Assembly: GCA_002633005.1 (NCBI GenBank)
Contig: NMRA01000112.1
Coordinates: 564,659 to 628,658, forward strand
Source: Phoronis australis
Taxonomy: Eukaryota; Animalia; Phoronida
Direction: 5' to 3'
Length of the DNA: 64,000 nt
The notes under the pieces were generated by a model, which saw nothing but the letters and a program-made list of their open reading frames with translations, was not told the origin of the DNA and made no database searches. The position numbers and the translations under genes were made by a program. Of the stretch, positions 26,401 through 39,560 are shown piece by piece; the first letter of the stretch is position 1; each line of letters opens with the position of its first letter.

Positions 26401-29400
26401 AGTGAATTTCAATTTCCTCACTATAGACAACTGTTAAACTTTTGTAAAAGTTGTTTTCTCTTGTTTTTTCCTTGCAGAGAAAGAAGTTTGTATCGTTGAA
26501 CGAGAACATCCTCAACATTGGGGCGTTCTTCATGCAGAACACTCACACAGCAGTGGCTGTGCCCAAGGATGTGTTACCTCCTCATCTGAGGCACTGGTAA
26601 AAGTGCATTGTTATGTAGGACTGTCGATGTTTTCCTAATTTGGCTAACTTGGCAACATCACGTCTCATAAATGGCTGATCGGATACATTCAAGTGAAACT
26701 TTCAGTCAGAATAGATATTACGCTTTATGCACCGTTTTCAAAATTTCTGAATAGGAATTGTTTTTAAAAATGATCCACTTTTGAAAGAGGAGCTGTTAAA
26801 ACTAGGACATTATAAAAGTTCAAAACTTGCATTAAATAAGAAAATGAAAGGATAACAGCATTATATACTTTGTTTTGAACATGAAATTTTTCATGTTTTT
26901 GATACCGTTGTTTCGTTACGTATTCTTCTTTTTCATGCTAAATTTTTACTAAAAAGATATGGTCATGTGACCCAATCAATGACAAATTGGTATAAATTTA
27001 AAAATCAAATTCTACAGATTTCTACTCTTAAAGAAAAGTACTGAACTATTTTTTTAGATATTTGACTTGTCGAAAATATCCTACGTATCACTTACTCATC
27101 ACAAGATGGCCAACAAGTGAAATTCTGTTTTGTCAAAGTCTTCCATAATAAACCTTAAAGTCATATGATCCGTTTGTAGACGTTTTAAAAACATCGTGAA
27201 TCTGCATAAAAACCATTGAAACATACTCTCTGACACTTAATTAGAACTTTTCGTAAGTATGGGGTCGATCTGCTGCCTGTACATATTTTTTCTTTTATTT
27301 TTTATTTTCTTNATTTCTACTCTTAAAGAAAAGTACTGAACTATTTTTTTAGATATTTGACTTGTCGAAAATATCCTACGTATCACTTACTCATCACAAG
27401 ATGGCCAACAAGTGAAATTCTGTTTTGTCAAAGTCTTCCATAATAAACCTTAAGAAAATTTTAGATTACCACTAGCATGGTTTGTATTACGTAGATTGTT
27501 AAAAAAGCTTTTGGTAAATTTCCATAATTTGTGGTAATCAGTCTTTGATTTATAGGAGACAGTGTGGCTCAGTGGTTTGAGCTCCGGACTCCTGTTTGGG
27601 AGACTTTGGTTGAAATCCTGGCTTCGCTGGCTGACAATCTAGCATTTGCCAAAAGTGCCTCCTTCTCCTCTCTGCTTGGTCTTACTAGTGAATGTTTGTA
27701 AGGGAGTGAATGAAAACCCAGATATAATGCGAAAGGGATTTCTGGGGCTGTGCTCATATTTATTTTATCAGTCTTTGAAAACTAGAAAATGACAGTTTTG
27801 ACAATTATCTTTGTTCGAAATAGTGGAGAGTTACTGTAATTTGCTTTAAGTGTGACCACTAAAACAAGAATGCTGCTTAGCCGACTGATACCTTGGTAAT
27901 ACTGTTGCTCACTATGTGTGTGCGTAAGGTACTGTTGGAAACTAGCCTGGCTGTAATATATGCCATGTTATAGCATAAGTACGAAAAATGGTCTTTATTT
28001 AGAGATGACGTGTTATGTGACTGTCGGCCAGAAGCTAATTTGCACATGTTCCTGTCATACGCACGTTGTATACATTAAAGAATACAATGTGGGTTCTTGG
28101 AGCAGACAATGCTCAAGGGTCTGGTATTGTGGTGTGGTGTACTTTGAACGTGTCACAATTTGATGATTGGGATTCTGCAATACTATCACTAGTGCACACT
28201 GCACCACATTATAAAAACTGGGCAACCTTTTCCGTCAAGAAAAATGCAGGAGTTTACGTTTAACGAAATTTTGATTGCTTTTAGTTACGTGAATTAACGC
28301 TGACTTTTTGTGGCATTTTCAAAGTTACATACTTGATCAAGTGCATATTTAAAAGGATTTTCTTAGTTTCATTGAACGGTTTGTTATTTTTCAGCTTCAA
28401 TGTTGATGGGAACAGCGTGGTCATAAACAGTCTCTATGCTGACAGCCACAGTGAATATGTAAGGACTAGTATAAGAATTCTGTTAATGTCATTCAGTTCA
28501 TGGGACTAAAAGGCGATGTTTGCCGTAATTCAACATGGGCGTTTAGGCCCAATATTTTTGCATTTATCGTTTGTGGCTCTAATTTCATTTGTCATCTGCA
28601 TGCTGTTTGTGGTTGTTCAGTGCCATGGTAATTGAGCTGTTACCAACCCACAATATTCGCAACAATTACTACAGTACAAATTCTCCAATTTGGGACAGTG
28701 AAAAATTAATCATTTTTCTCAATGTCGGAACTTGTCCTAAATTCTAGAAATAGTCAATATTGGCCATCCCAAATTCAAGAATCACCGGAAAAATGCCAAA
28801 ATAACCCACTCTGTAGATTGAGAACACATTGTCTAAAATTTCAGGAATATGGTGAATGCCAAAATCGCCCATGTTTCAAATTCCAGAATCAAGAAATTCA
28901 AATTTTGCTAGAGTTTCCATGTCCCAAATTCTAGAGACCATCTCAAATTGGCAAGTTTTAAATTTACCATAATTTGTGTTGTGTTCCATTCAAAATCACA
29001 TACCTCTGGCTATCTCTGCTATGTCCGAGTGGACAACATAATTATGCTAAATTAATTAAAAAACATTCTACAGCTACACATGTGGTGCATCACAGCCTAA
29101 TTATTCAGCATTGTAACAATTTATACAAATAGTTCTTATAATGATATCAATCATTAATGGATTGAGAGGAAATGATAATTTCTTTCAGTGTTACATTGTT
29201 CTTAGTCCAGTGTATGCAAAATTTACAATTTCAGATGTTTCACTGAACTTCAGTGAAACGTCATCAGGCACTAATACAAACAGCAAATATCACAGTACTG
29301 TCTTAAACAATATTCCTGTTACAACAACACAGCTACACCTTGATGTAATTATATGATTCTTACTAGTTGGTGATGGACTGCAGTTTGTTGTAGAATCATT

Positions 29401-32400
29401 CATTTGTTGTGTGGTCACTCATGATGAATTAGTGCAGTTTAAGGAATTGTCTTACATTATGTATGTACTGAAATATAAAATGTATTCTTCGAAAATGTTG
29501 ACATTACTTTTCGATTATCATTAACAGATCTGTCTTAAACCCCTCATACGCTTTAACCATTTATGTTCACTTGATAAGTTTGATCTTGTTTTGTGGTAGA
29601 TAAGAGAGGCTGCCTACAAGATATACCTGCGCCCTATTGAGCAACAGGAGAAGCTGTTGTCAGGCCTGTTGTCAGCGAGGCACAGCCTGGCTAAGTTAGT
29701 GGGCTATCCAACGCATGCTCATCGCATGTTGCAGAACACTCTTATGGTTTCACCAGGTACTTCCTTGTTTTAAGGAAAGAGCAGTGATTACTTAAAACCT
29801 TTTAGACAATTTGGCGAAATTTATAGAAATTTATTTTGCTTCCTCAAAGGTAGGATGAAAACCCAGAAAGAGAAAGAACACTGTCTCTGAGTGGTTTCGA
29901 AATTAGCCAGGATTTCTGCCCCAAAATTGTGTTCCTTTTTAACGAGAAGAGATTTCATCAACAGTTTCAAAAACCTCTGGTTGTTAACTTTGTTATTGAC
30001 GAGTGGATTTTTGAATTGTGTAATAATTCAGAATTAAGTCTTAGTAAAATGCAATAATGTATCTGTGTTTTTCTCCAGACCAATGTAAAGAATGACAAAC
30101 GCACTTTTACAGAATTAGTAAAGAAATGTTCAATCAGATGCCATAATTGTGATTGGTAATTATTTTGAACAAATCAAACTGTGTCGTGAATAACATTTTG
30201 AAAGGTTTGCTGCTGTCTTGTTTCAGAGAATGTCATGGACTTTCTGAACACACTGTCCAGTAGACTGGACCGGTACGCCAAGAAAGATTTTGAGATAATT
30301 CAGAAGCTCAAACTTAAGAGTGAATTCTCAAACCAGGAAGTCATGGTGTGGGACCCACCTTATTTCACCTCCATTGCCAAATATGATAAGTATGTGAACT
30401 GTGTGTCATCCTCAGCACTCTTGTATTTTCCATTGTGCTTAAGGTTATGTAAGACTTCATCAACAAGTTTGTGTATTGAGCCAAATATCTTCAAAACTAT
30501 AGATTTTAACTCGGTGTATTCTGAAAATTGAAAGGCTGTAGCATTTATTGCTGTTTGTCAGCGCGCCATTAACTGGGTCACATGATCGTGTCTTTTTTAA
30601 CAAAATTTGGCACAAAAGATGTACATGTACAATGCTATCAATGATCGAATTTTGTTTGATGTAAACAGTCAAGATGAAATCTCAAAAATTCTGTATGTTG
30701 CAGTTTTCAGTATGCAAATTTTGATTTTTTTCATTAAAATTAATTTCTATTTGTGATAGCTCTCATGGAAAGTGAAACATTTGAAAATTTATGGAGAACA
30801 GTGCATAAATCATAGTATTTAAAAGTTTCATATGAATTTGATCATCCATCTCTGACATTTGATGTTTCTAAGTTAGCCAAATTTGGACTGTTTTTCTGGG
30901 GTCTTCCATATACTTAATTAAGTAGACATTGTTGTATAATAAGCATAATGCACAGTGTCTTAAGTGATGCCATTTAGAATTGAGTGCACCTTGATTGATA
31001 TCATAGTGGATGATGTGTTGTCCTTAAGGGGTGGTTTAAAAGTGATGCATTGTTTCAAGCAGTTAACTTCAATCTGTAATATTCATCCACTATCTTTTGT
31101 GTATGGGTTCGATCAAGTGAATGTGACTGTGACGTTAGATTGACATGTTTGGTTGTGATGTTGATGACACTTACTGAGTCTAAATTCTCTTTTAGTTGTT
31201 GCACAGAGGGGCTTAGCGAAGGCATTTCTGCTGGTTTGTGAATGTAGTGTTGCACTGGCATGTTTCATTCATTGTTTTAGATTTAAGATAGATGGCCATT
31301 CGCTAATATCACATATGAGACAGATGGCCATTCAATAATTTCAGATGTGAGATGAATGGGACTGAGCTAGCTCCTTCTGCTTGAGTCTTGATAGCCTCAA
31401 CAATGGGAATCTTGTGATTATGATGTTACCCTGACACGTTTCATTCCCTATTTCAGATGTGAGATGGATGGGGCTGAGCTAGCCCCCTACTTCTCCCTTG
31501 GCAGCTGTATGGAAGGTCTCAACACTGTGCTACACAGTCTGTTTGGTATCTCCCTGCAGCATGAAAACCCTGACCATGGTGAGGTCTGGCATTATGACGT
31601 ACATAAACTGGTTAGTATACTCCATGACTGTGAAGACTACAAATTATTTCATTATTACAGGCTGTTGAAGTGAATTTTTACGGTTTGTTTTTATGTTGAG
31701 AACTAATGTACTTTGATTTGATTTGTGTATTATCCATCATGATTACTGTCTGCTGACATTTTGCTTCAATTTTGGGAACAATTGGGTTAAATTTTGATAT
31801 GTGAACATCAGTTTAAATGTCATTGATTATTTGAGCTATCATCCAGTCTTGTCCCTGAATGCCACATCTAGTTTTGGTCCTGCAGATTTCAGATGCTTCG
31901 ACATTAATTTTTTTAGAGGTCAAAGGTCGTATTCCTGTTCATAAATAAGATGATTGCTGACACATTATTTTGCAAATACAATTCGAAAGCTGTGTTTGGT
32001 TTTATGGTCAAAATACAACTCGCATTAAGTTTATTATTTTTCATATTTCATATTTATTAACTGCCTTCAAAAGCCACCTTAATAAAATGTGTATAAATTA
32101 AATTCTAAGACTGGACTTTTGACCTTCCATAAAAGGAGACTCTGAAGGTTTGTCTAGCACTAAGTACTACTGTTTAGGCTCTACACCAGTTTCACAGTTG
32201 CTACGTTCATGGTTTGTCTATAGGTGGTTCGTCACGAAACAGAAGGAATCTTGGGTTACATCTACTGCGATTTCTTTGAGCGGATGGGTAAGGCGTACCA
32301 GGACTGTCAACACACGATTGTGGGTGGAAGATGTAAAGCAGACGGTTCTTATCAGGTACGTGGGTGAGGAATCATTAAAACGGCATGTCTTGGAAGTTGT

Positions 32401-35400
32401 GGATCAAGGCTAGTGTGGGTCTGCTGTCGCACGCTTATTAGCCTTGCCTAGCCACAGGTGTTGTCATGCAATTTCTAATCCACAGGTAAACACCACGGCA
32501 GTACTTCACAGGTAAACACTACGGCTGTACTCTTTCAGTTGCAAAATTTTCTAGTTGATGAGCAGGTGCTAACTTTGCTTAGCTACTAGATTAGTGTAGA
32601 CTTAGAATTTATTTAGTAGAGTTTTTTTCGTAATGGTTCGATTTGGCTCATTTGGTTTTACGTATGTGCTGAATCTTGGTTAGAATTTTAAAAGTCATTA
32701 ATTTTCGCACCATTTATGTGTGATTTTGCCGTCACGCAACAGTGACAATTTGACGGCATGATGGTTGTAGACAATTTGTAAAAATGATGGGAAGTCCCAC
32801 AACGTCAAATCCCCTTACAATGGCACAGGATGCTTTCGATCAAGTACTCCCCATTTAGCAAGATGGTTTATTTTGTTACGTCGTCACTCTATCATAAAAT
32901 GGCTTTTGTCTTGATTATTTTACTCTTAATAGTACTGTTACAGTACAAGCCTAAAGTATTTAGACAAAATGACCCAGAATTCCCTTTATGGCAGCTGTCA
33001 GGCGGAGGCAGAATTCGTTGTCAAAATTATCTTCCCCCATGATGGAGAATGAAAGAAAATTGACCGGCAGGTGATTAAGCTATTCTGTATAGAATTTTCC
33101 TCCCAAAATAGTTATTTCCAATAATTTTGCTGTTCACAGAATTAGATGATTGGGAAAAATGATATAAATAATTGTATCTGATTAGTTTTTCATTGTACAG
33201 TATGTGATTTCAGTTGCCCATGATCGTCACTATCGGAAAATGGCTGTTGCCTTATTTACTCCTAGCAGGTGATTTCAGCTGCCTGTGGTTGTTGCTCACT
33301 ATTCTGATATGTGATTTCATCTGCCTGTTGTTGTTGCTCACTATTCTAATATGTGATTTCATCTGCCTGTGGTTGTTGCTCACTATTCTGATATGTGATT
33401 TCAGCTGCCTGTGGTTGTTGCTCACTATTCTGATATGTGATTTCAGTTGCCTGTGGTTGTTCTCATGCTGAACTTCATGCCACCCCAGAGCTCTCATCCA
33501 TCGCTGCTCACTCAGAGTCAGCTTTCCAACCTTTTCCATGAGTTTGGTCACGCCATTCACTACATGCTAGGACAGACCAAGTATCAACATGTTACAGGGG
33601 CCAGATGTTCTCTTGACTTTGCCGAAGTGCCGTCTAATCTCATGGAGTTCTTCTTACAAGACCCCAAGGTAAGATGATATATCATGTGACATGTGTTTGC
33701 AGTCTTGTGTTCTAGAATTATTGTAAATTTGTTGTCTGATTTAATTAGTATTCTGTTTTATCTTTACATGTGCCTGTGGTAAATGCTATTACATTGTTGA
33801 AAGCTTTCAATAGTGTTTTTAAAGAAAATAAACTTGCAAAATTCTTTAATTTTTTACTCAGCTTATTAAATCAAAGGCAGGGTAATCTTTGTTTTTCAGT
33901 TTTCTTTTTGAACTCGGGGTATAAGGGTTCCTTCAAAACAGTGCACTTTCAAGTTAGAGCCAACTTAATGGGAAAATATTTTTTATTGATCTCATTAATT
34001 TGTATTACATCCTTCTAATGGCATTTTTTAACAGGTTCTATCTACGTTTGCCCGACATTACAAAACTGGGGAGTCTCTCCCTGACAAAGTGTTGACGAGA
34101 GTGGCCCAGTCTAAGAACATGTTTGCAGCCAGTGTAAGTCATCCATGTGTATTGTCAAAATCTTCTTTAACACTGGGGAAAACTTGCCTGTCACTGGCTT
34201 TGTTTATATTATTCAATTACGTTTTTCAAGATTTTACAAAAAATTGGAGCAGAAGTGTTTGACTTTTTGTTTTTTGCTAACTCTAATTTTTGTTTAATTT
34301 TCTTTGCTTTTTTATCCAAATTACCTCATAAAACAGTCAAAGTCCTTACTGCCTGAGATTATTCAAAATCACAATTTTTGACTATCAAACTTTATCGAGT
34401 ATTTTTTACTTTAATTTTCTTTTTTGCCTTGAAGCTTGTACTAGCTAGTACTCTGTTAGAGAAACAAACTTTTTTCTGTTAAGTAACTTTTTACTAAAAC
34501 CAAAAGTCACTTTTCTCTGGTCTGAATTTGTTCCTTACTCAGATAAAAAGTAGTTTCTGCACTTGGAAAGAACTTAAAGTGGGTCATTACTCAAGATCTA
34601 GTCTCTTGTACTTACAAACTGTAAGCTCTACTGAAGCCAAGAGATTACCTCTTATTTGAGAAAGAACTGAGTCGAAACAAATTTCACAACATTGCTTCAA
34701 CTGGTCACAATCAAAAGTTATGCATTTTAGATTTAAGGCTAGTTTTAATGCTGTAACTTCCAAATCGGCAAAGGTGGATTTTTTAACGAGTTTATGTCGA
34801 CTCTTTGTGTTTTACGCGTTGTCATTCTTTATGTGTAAAACCATCATGGTTAAATTCCAGTGTAAATATTTCGTGCTAACTTAGGACCTCTACCTGAAGT
34901 CATGTCATTGTATTTGTCATGTTTACCATTTAGAACCTCGCAGGCATCCATCTGTTAGATGCTGGCTGTTCTTTTCAATCACACATTGCGTGCTTTTGTT
35001 TTGTAGGAACTTCAGCTTCAGCTGTTGTACTCTGTTGCTGATCAGGTTTACCACGGAGAACCCCTCCAGAAGTCCACCACCGACGTTTATGCAGACCTGT
35101 TTAATAAATACTATGGACTACCTTACATTCCTAACACTGTACGTTACATTCATGTCCTGGTTAATGATTTTTCTTGGCTTTTTATTCTATGTCTTAATTT
35201 ATTATTTTTTGTGTTCAATGTTGAGCCCACTAATGTAACAACACCATTGTTAAAGCTCTTCCCATAACCCCAACTAATTACTTTTTATAATCTATACGTG
35301 CCTGCCAGGTTTGGATAGACAAGATTTTGTTGACTGATTAGTGTAGTTAACACGGAGATACTGGAACTCTTCACTTACTTCCTACATTCACTTCACTCCT

Positions 35401-37949
35401 CAAAGTTATCAGTAAAAACAGTATTTTGCGCCTCACTTATTTCCAGCAAGCCTACTTTGTGGGAATTTCATACCTTACCGAATTCGAAAACAGTCAGTTT
35501 TGCACTAGTTAATAAATGCAAAGCCTTGTCATTAGTTGTGGTAATACACATGTCTGTAACTGTGTTAGTAAGGTCTGAGCACTGTTTGTTCACCACTTAA
35601 TTCATGAGTTGATACAGGTTATGTCTTGCTGTTGTAAAGGTGAGAGGAAAGGAATGACCTGGATGAGTCTCCTGTTACTAAGATATCTGCGCTCAAAAAA
35701 GTGCTCTACCAATATTGGGGGAAATGCCACTCTCATTATGGAGAAATAACTTTTTTCAAACTCTTCGCAAATTCATGCTCCACACAATCAGCATGACTCA
35801 TTAAACTAATATCCTGTGTTCCAATCGAATAGAATTTCCTGCTGCAGAAAACACGGAAACAGACGTCTTTTATTTATTTGGTTTCAATCTTCCACGGCGC
35901 AAGAGTCAAATGTGGCACTGACTGAAAAACCAATTTTTTATTCCTGGTAAAACCGTAATCCTGGTACTCATATTTTAAAATAATTAATTTTTGTTAACAT
36001 TTTTAAGACACCTTGTGCAGCACCCAGCTCATGCCATTGAAGCAATGTTGTTATATAGTATTAAATGTGAAGACAAAATTGTGTTACTTGATTTGTCAAA
36101 CACTGATCTTTGCTTTCATTTCCTAGGCCTTCCAGCATCGCTTTGGTCACCTAGTCAACTATAATGCCCGTTACTATGGTTACATCGTTGCTAAGGCACT
36201 GGCAGCTCAAATTTGGCAGCGGTGTTTCAAGAGTGATCCATTCAACAGGTACGTGAGAATAAAAATTTCCTTTTCACTTCTTCACTTTCCCTGAACTTTT
36301 GCTTATCGCACACGCCAAAAATAACCATGTGAAATGGTAAGGAATTTTCAGTCATGATAGTTGAGTTTGCGTGGAATTCCCCATCTTGACGGTTGAGCAC
36401 TTGTGGAATATCCCGTCATGATGACTTAGTCCAAGCAGAATTCATCATCACGGTCATGCTGGGAAACGGTACTTTGATTACTTTTGGCTTGTGCTTTGTT
36501 ATGGCTACTTGGAACTAGGGACTTAGTTCTTGCATATCCCGGCTCAGCTGTTATTATGATGAGTGGATGGAGCTTTGGCTAGATGGTGCTGTTTATGGAC
36601 GGTCACTGATTAATCAACGTGTCTGGCATCTTGTTTAATTTTTTATCGATCTCTGCTTGATGACTAAAAGTGTTCTTTCTCATTTAGTTATAGACAATGG
36701 CTTATAAGTCTGTAATAACACATTGGACATCCAAGCCTTATCTAAGCAATGTCCTCAACTTAGCAAAATATTTAGGATCTTCTTTGTTGGAATTTCTGTC
36801 TACTTTTGACTGTATTTTTTACTTCTAAGGTCGTTGTACAGAATTCCTGTGTGATTTTTCAGGAGTATGGGTGAGAAGTATAGACGCGCAATGCTGGCTC
36901 ACGGTGGTGGAATACCTCCAAGGCAGCTTGTAAAAGGTAAGCACCATTTTATTGTAGTTATGACTCACTGGCAGTTTGTTTATTTGCTTCTTTAGTGTTG
37001 TTTTTTACAAGTACAGTACAAGCCAAAAGTATTCAGACAAAATTCCCCGCTATGGTGTCTGGGCAGAAGCTGAATTCACCATAATAAGTAGTCTTCCTTG
37101 TTTACCTTGAATGAAGGGAAATTATGTAGACTTTTGGTACGGTGTCTACACCGTAATTAAAATTTTGCCGACTTCATAGTTATTACCAGTCACTTATGCA
37201 GTTTACAGAATTTGCCATCATTATAAGGAAACTGTAATTTTTCTCTGAGTGATTACTTTTGTCTTGCAAAAATTTGAAGTCTTGTCATTATGCCATCTGT
37301 TGGCCACATCACATGACCTAATGAATATAAGTCTGAAAAGATTTCTGTCCCTGAGTGGTACTCGAAACCAGGACCTTCTGCTAACTGTGCAGAAGGTCCT
37401 GGGTTGGAGTCCTGGTCAGAGGCAGAAATCTTTTCTAACTTATATTAATTAGGGCACATGATGTGGCCAACAGATGGCGAGCTGACATGACTTAATATGT
37501 TTGCAACATATTTTCCATGCCACATTGACATTGACATATTCATGTATACTTTTGTCTTATACTGGAACGCAAGGGAATGCATGAATTCTCTGTGGCGAGC
37601 TGCAGAAAAGAAATTACTGTCTGTTGGTGGCTATCTTTTGATTTCTGAAAATCTTGGTGATTGTTTTATAAATCATCCTTAAGCATTGTGTTGATTTTGG
37701 CCAAATTGACAAAAAATTGCTGTCCCCATCTTGTGTTTGTGCTATCTTCAATCCATCAACATTTTGCAATTTCGTAAAAGTTGTCTCTTCCTGCATAGTT
37801 TATTTTCCTTTGTTACACTAATCACTACACATTGTGAATTCCTGGCAGTTTTTTCCGAGTTGATTTTTTATTTCATTATTTCAGATATGCTTGGGGAAGA
37901 ACCGACTAATGATAAGATGGTGGATTCCCTAATCGAGACTCTTGAATGA
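23437..37949 (+). CDS. MIPEP: Mitochondrial intermediate peptidase (M3 family), ~693 aa
   Basis: Exons 23437-23604, 24447-24620, 24816-24904, 25691-25838, 26478-26596, 28395-28458, 29600-29756, 30227-30389, 31457-31610, 32224-32355, 33447-33668, 34035-34133, 35007-35138, 36127-36248, 36863-36936, 37885-37949. All GT-AG and in phase. Basic N-terminal presequence, [20 protein letters not shown] zinc motif, DFAEVPS, LAHGGG. AATAAA at 38516. Confidence 0.96.
23597..23790. repeat. 27-bp minisatellite, 7 copies, spanning the donor of the first MIPEP coding exon
   Basis: Unit gtggtatgaatatgacgtgggtacagt; the first copy overlaps the true donor aatgtg|gtatga at 23604/5. Confidence 0.97.
23917..23944. 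repeat. (TG)n microsatellite
   Basis: ~14 TG units. Confidence 0.95.
24264..24389. mobile_element. Degenerate GGCGGATCC-type MITE copy (same family as 41130-41254)
   Basis: Shares gatccagg...ggtcaa.ggg...tcaaatctagaattt...gactccc.ttttaaaaatcct with the 41130 copy. Confidence 0.65.
27018..27453. other. 141-bp exact duplication flanking an N (probable assembly artefact)
   Basis: 27018-27158 is identical to 27313-27453, and the second copy starts immediately after the N at 27312. Confidence 0.75.
27555..27750 (+). mobile_element. tRNA-derived SINE fragment
   Basis: A-box tggctcagtgg 27565-75 and B-box-like ggttgaaatcc 27608-18. Confidence 0.5.
32939..33060 (+). mobile_element. Tc1/mariner-like non-autonomous element end (second copy at ~37012-37100)
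   Basis: Both loci begin tacagtacaagcc(t/a)aaagtatt(t/c)agacaaaat and stay similar for ~80 bp. TA followed by CAGT is a Tc1-type terminus. Confidence 0.55.
33271..33461. repeat. 42-bp minisatellite duplicating the acceptor of MIPEP exon 11
   Basis: Unit gatttcagctgcctgtggttgttgctcactattctgatatgt x4, followed by the true acceptor gatttcag|ttgcctgtggttgtt at 33446/7. Confidence 0.96.
37277..37493. mobile_element. ~215-bp palindromic element with a tRNA-like fragment in each arm
   Basis: gccatctgttggccacatc(37292-310)/gatgtggccaacagatggc(37460-78); central ccaggaccttctgc-taactgt-gcagaaggtcctgg. Confidence 0.8.
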
Positions 37950-39305
37950 AAACTGGTGATCTTTACCTCAAAAAGATCACGTCGCATTCAATGCAACGAA
38001 GTCGGTAATAGTCATTTGCAAGGTCCTGGATTTTGAAGAACCAGTTCCTCCACTGAATAGTAGGCCATCAATCTGCTTCTCAAAAAGCGAGGCCCATGTA
38101 CGTAACTAGTCCCGCAAACCCAGTATTTAGTCCTGACAGAACTTGACAGCAAAAGCTAGTCATTATAGGCAAATATTGATATTGACTAGAAATGAGAGAG
38201 ACCATGTGGCGTTTGGGTTGCGCTAGTTTTTTGGCAACTGCTCTACAATTGAACACTAAGCCTTTATGTTGATGACATATGCAATGCATGTATTCATCTG
38301 TTGACACCTGTGGCAAACAATTGGGAAAGTCATAATTGTAGGTGGATATGTTGAAGAAACTTGTTCTTAAAAATAAGCCAAAGTAAATAATGCATAGACT
38401 GCATGACGTTGCTGAAATGACTTAAATTTTTAATCCCAATAAGATCTTTTTGCCTGTCAGCATGCTTGCTGAGCAGTGGCATTTTTGTCTGTGTTAATTT
38501 GTTATTTCTTTGACAAATAAAGAATGACTTATGACCATATTTATATTTGTCTAGTCACGGACACTACATGGGCACACTGTTGATACTTGTAGTCTTATTG
38601 CATTACACTAGAGAGATCTTGATTATCTCCCCTTACTAACTAACTTGTAAAATTTCTTACTGTTTTGGGTTAGGTAGATGTGAGAACCTTGCGAAAATGC
38701 AAGACTACATGGTTATCTCCGAGTATTGCATTGGAAGCATGTGATCACTCTAGAATCTTCGAGAGATGCTTGAGTCCAGGGACACGCCAAGAGATATTGA
38801 GCTTTTTGTCCCAAGTGCTGATGTGTCACTGCTACAAGATCAGGTGCATTCTAAACAATGCGTCATTGGTAGTTCCTCGAGCTTGGAACCTGTGGTGTCA
38901 CTTTTTTAGTAGAATATGCACCGAGAACCATCCATATAATGATTTAGAACACACTTTAACCAGTAGCCCCAAGGTTCTTTTTCACAAAAAGTGATTTGAG
39001 GCTTATGTCAGAAATGTTTCCTTGTGTGGAACTGAACTAATTCCGAAAAATGTAAGCTAAAAGTGCGAAAGCTCTATAAAGGAGATACTTACATTTATTG
39101 CTAATTGACTTTTTGGGAGCCATGAAACAGGGTGAAGTTGTCTCACTTACCCCCCTAGCATCGTGGTGCCAAACTTGCATTTTACACCGAGAATACGCCA
39201 GAGGTTTGTAGGACCCCATACTGTTTCTGCCGAGCAATAGACCTTATGCGCCGTTAATTAACAAAATGACAATTTCTCTCACTTTTCTACTAATTAGTTA
39301 GAAAC

Positions 39306-39560
39306 CAGTGGCGGATCTACGTTTTCAGTAAGGGGGGTTTAGGATTCCCGCAAAGGTCGAATCCGAAGCGCTTGGCACCGAGGGGGGGGGGTCGGGAGGG
39401 GATTAAACCCCCCTCCTGTGTGAGACAACTTTTTGTTTTTGTAGCCAAACAGTGAAATTTCCATGCATCCTGGTACGTTTCTGGCACTTAACATGTCCCT
39501 GGAGTTTTTCTTAAGATAATTAAAAACCCTTCTCGATTTCGTGAAACCATATTTGTGCAC
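39306..39560 (+). mobile_element. Truncated CAGTGGCGGATCT-type DNA-transposon relic
   Basis: cagtggcggatctacg...gggggg...gggggtcgggagggg...ccccctcc, a G-rich pattern common in invertebrate MITEs; no matching far end found. Confidence 0.4.

Noticed and set aside
27018-27453. Apparent direct-repeat/LTR-like pair
   Set aside because: The identical copy begins exactly at an N, most simply a scaffolding overlap
36556-36610. Box C/D snoRNA-like ATGATGA...CTGA in a MIPEP intron
   Set aside because: Too short, no clear C'/D' boxes, and only imperfect rRNA complementarity
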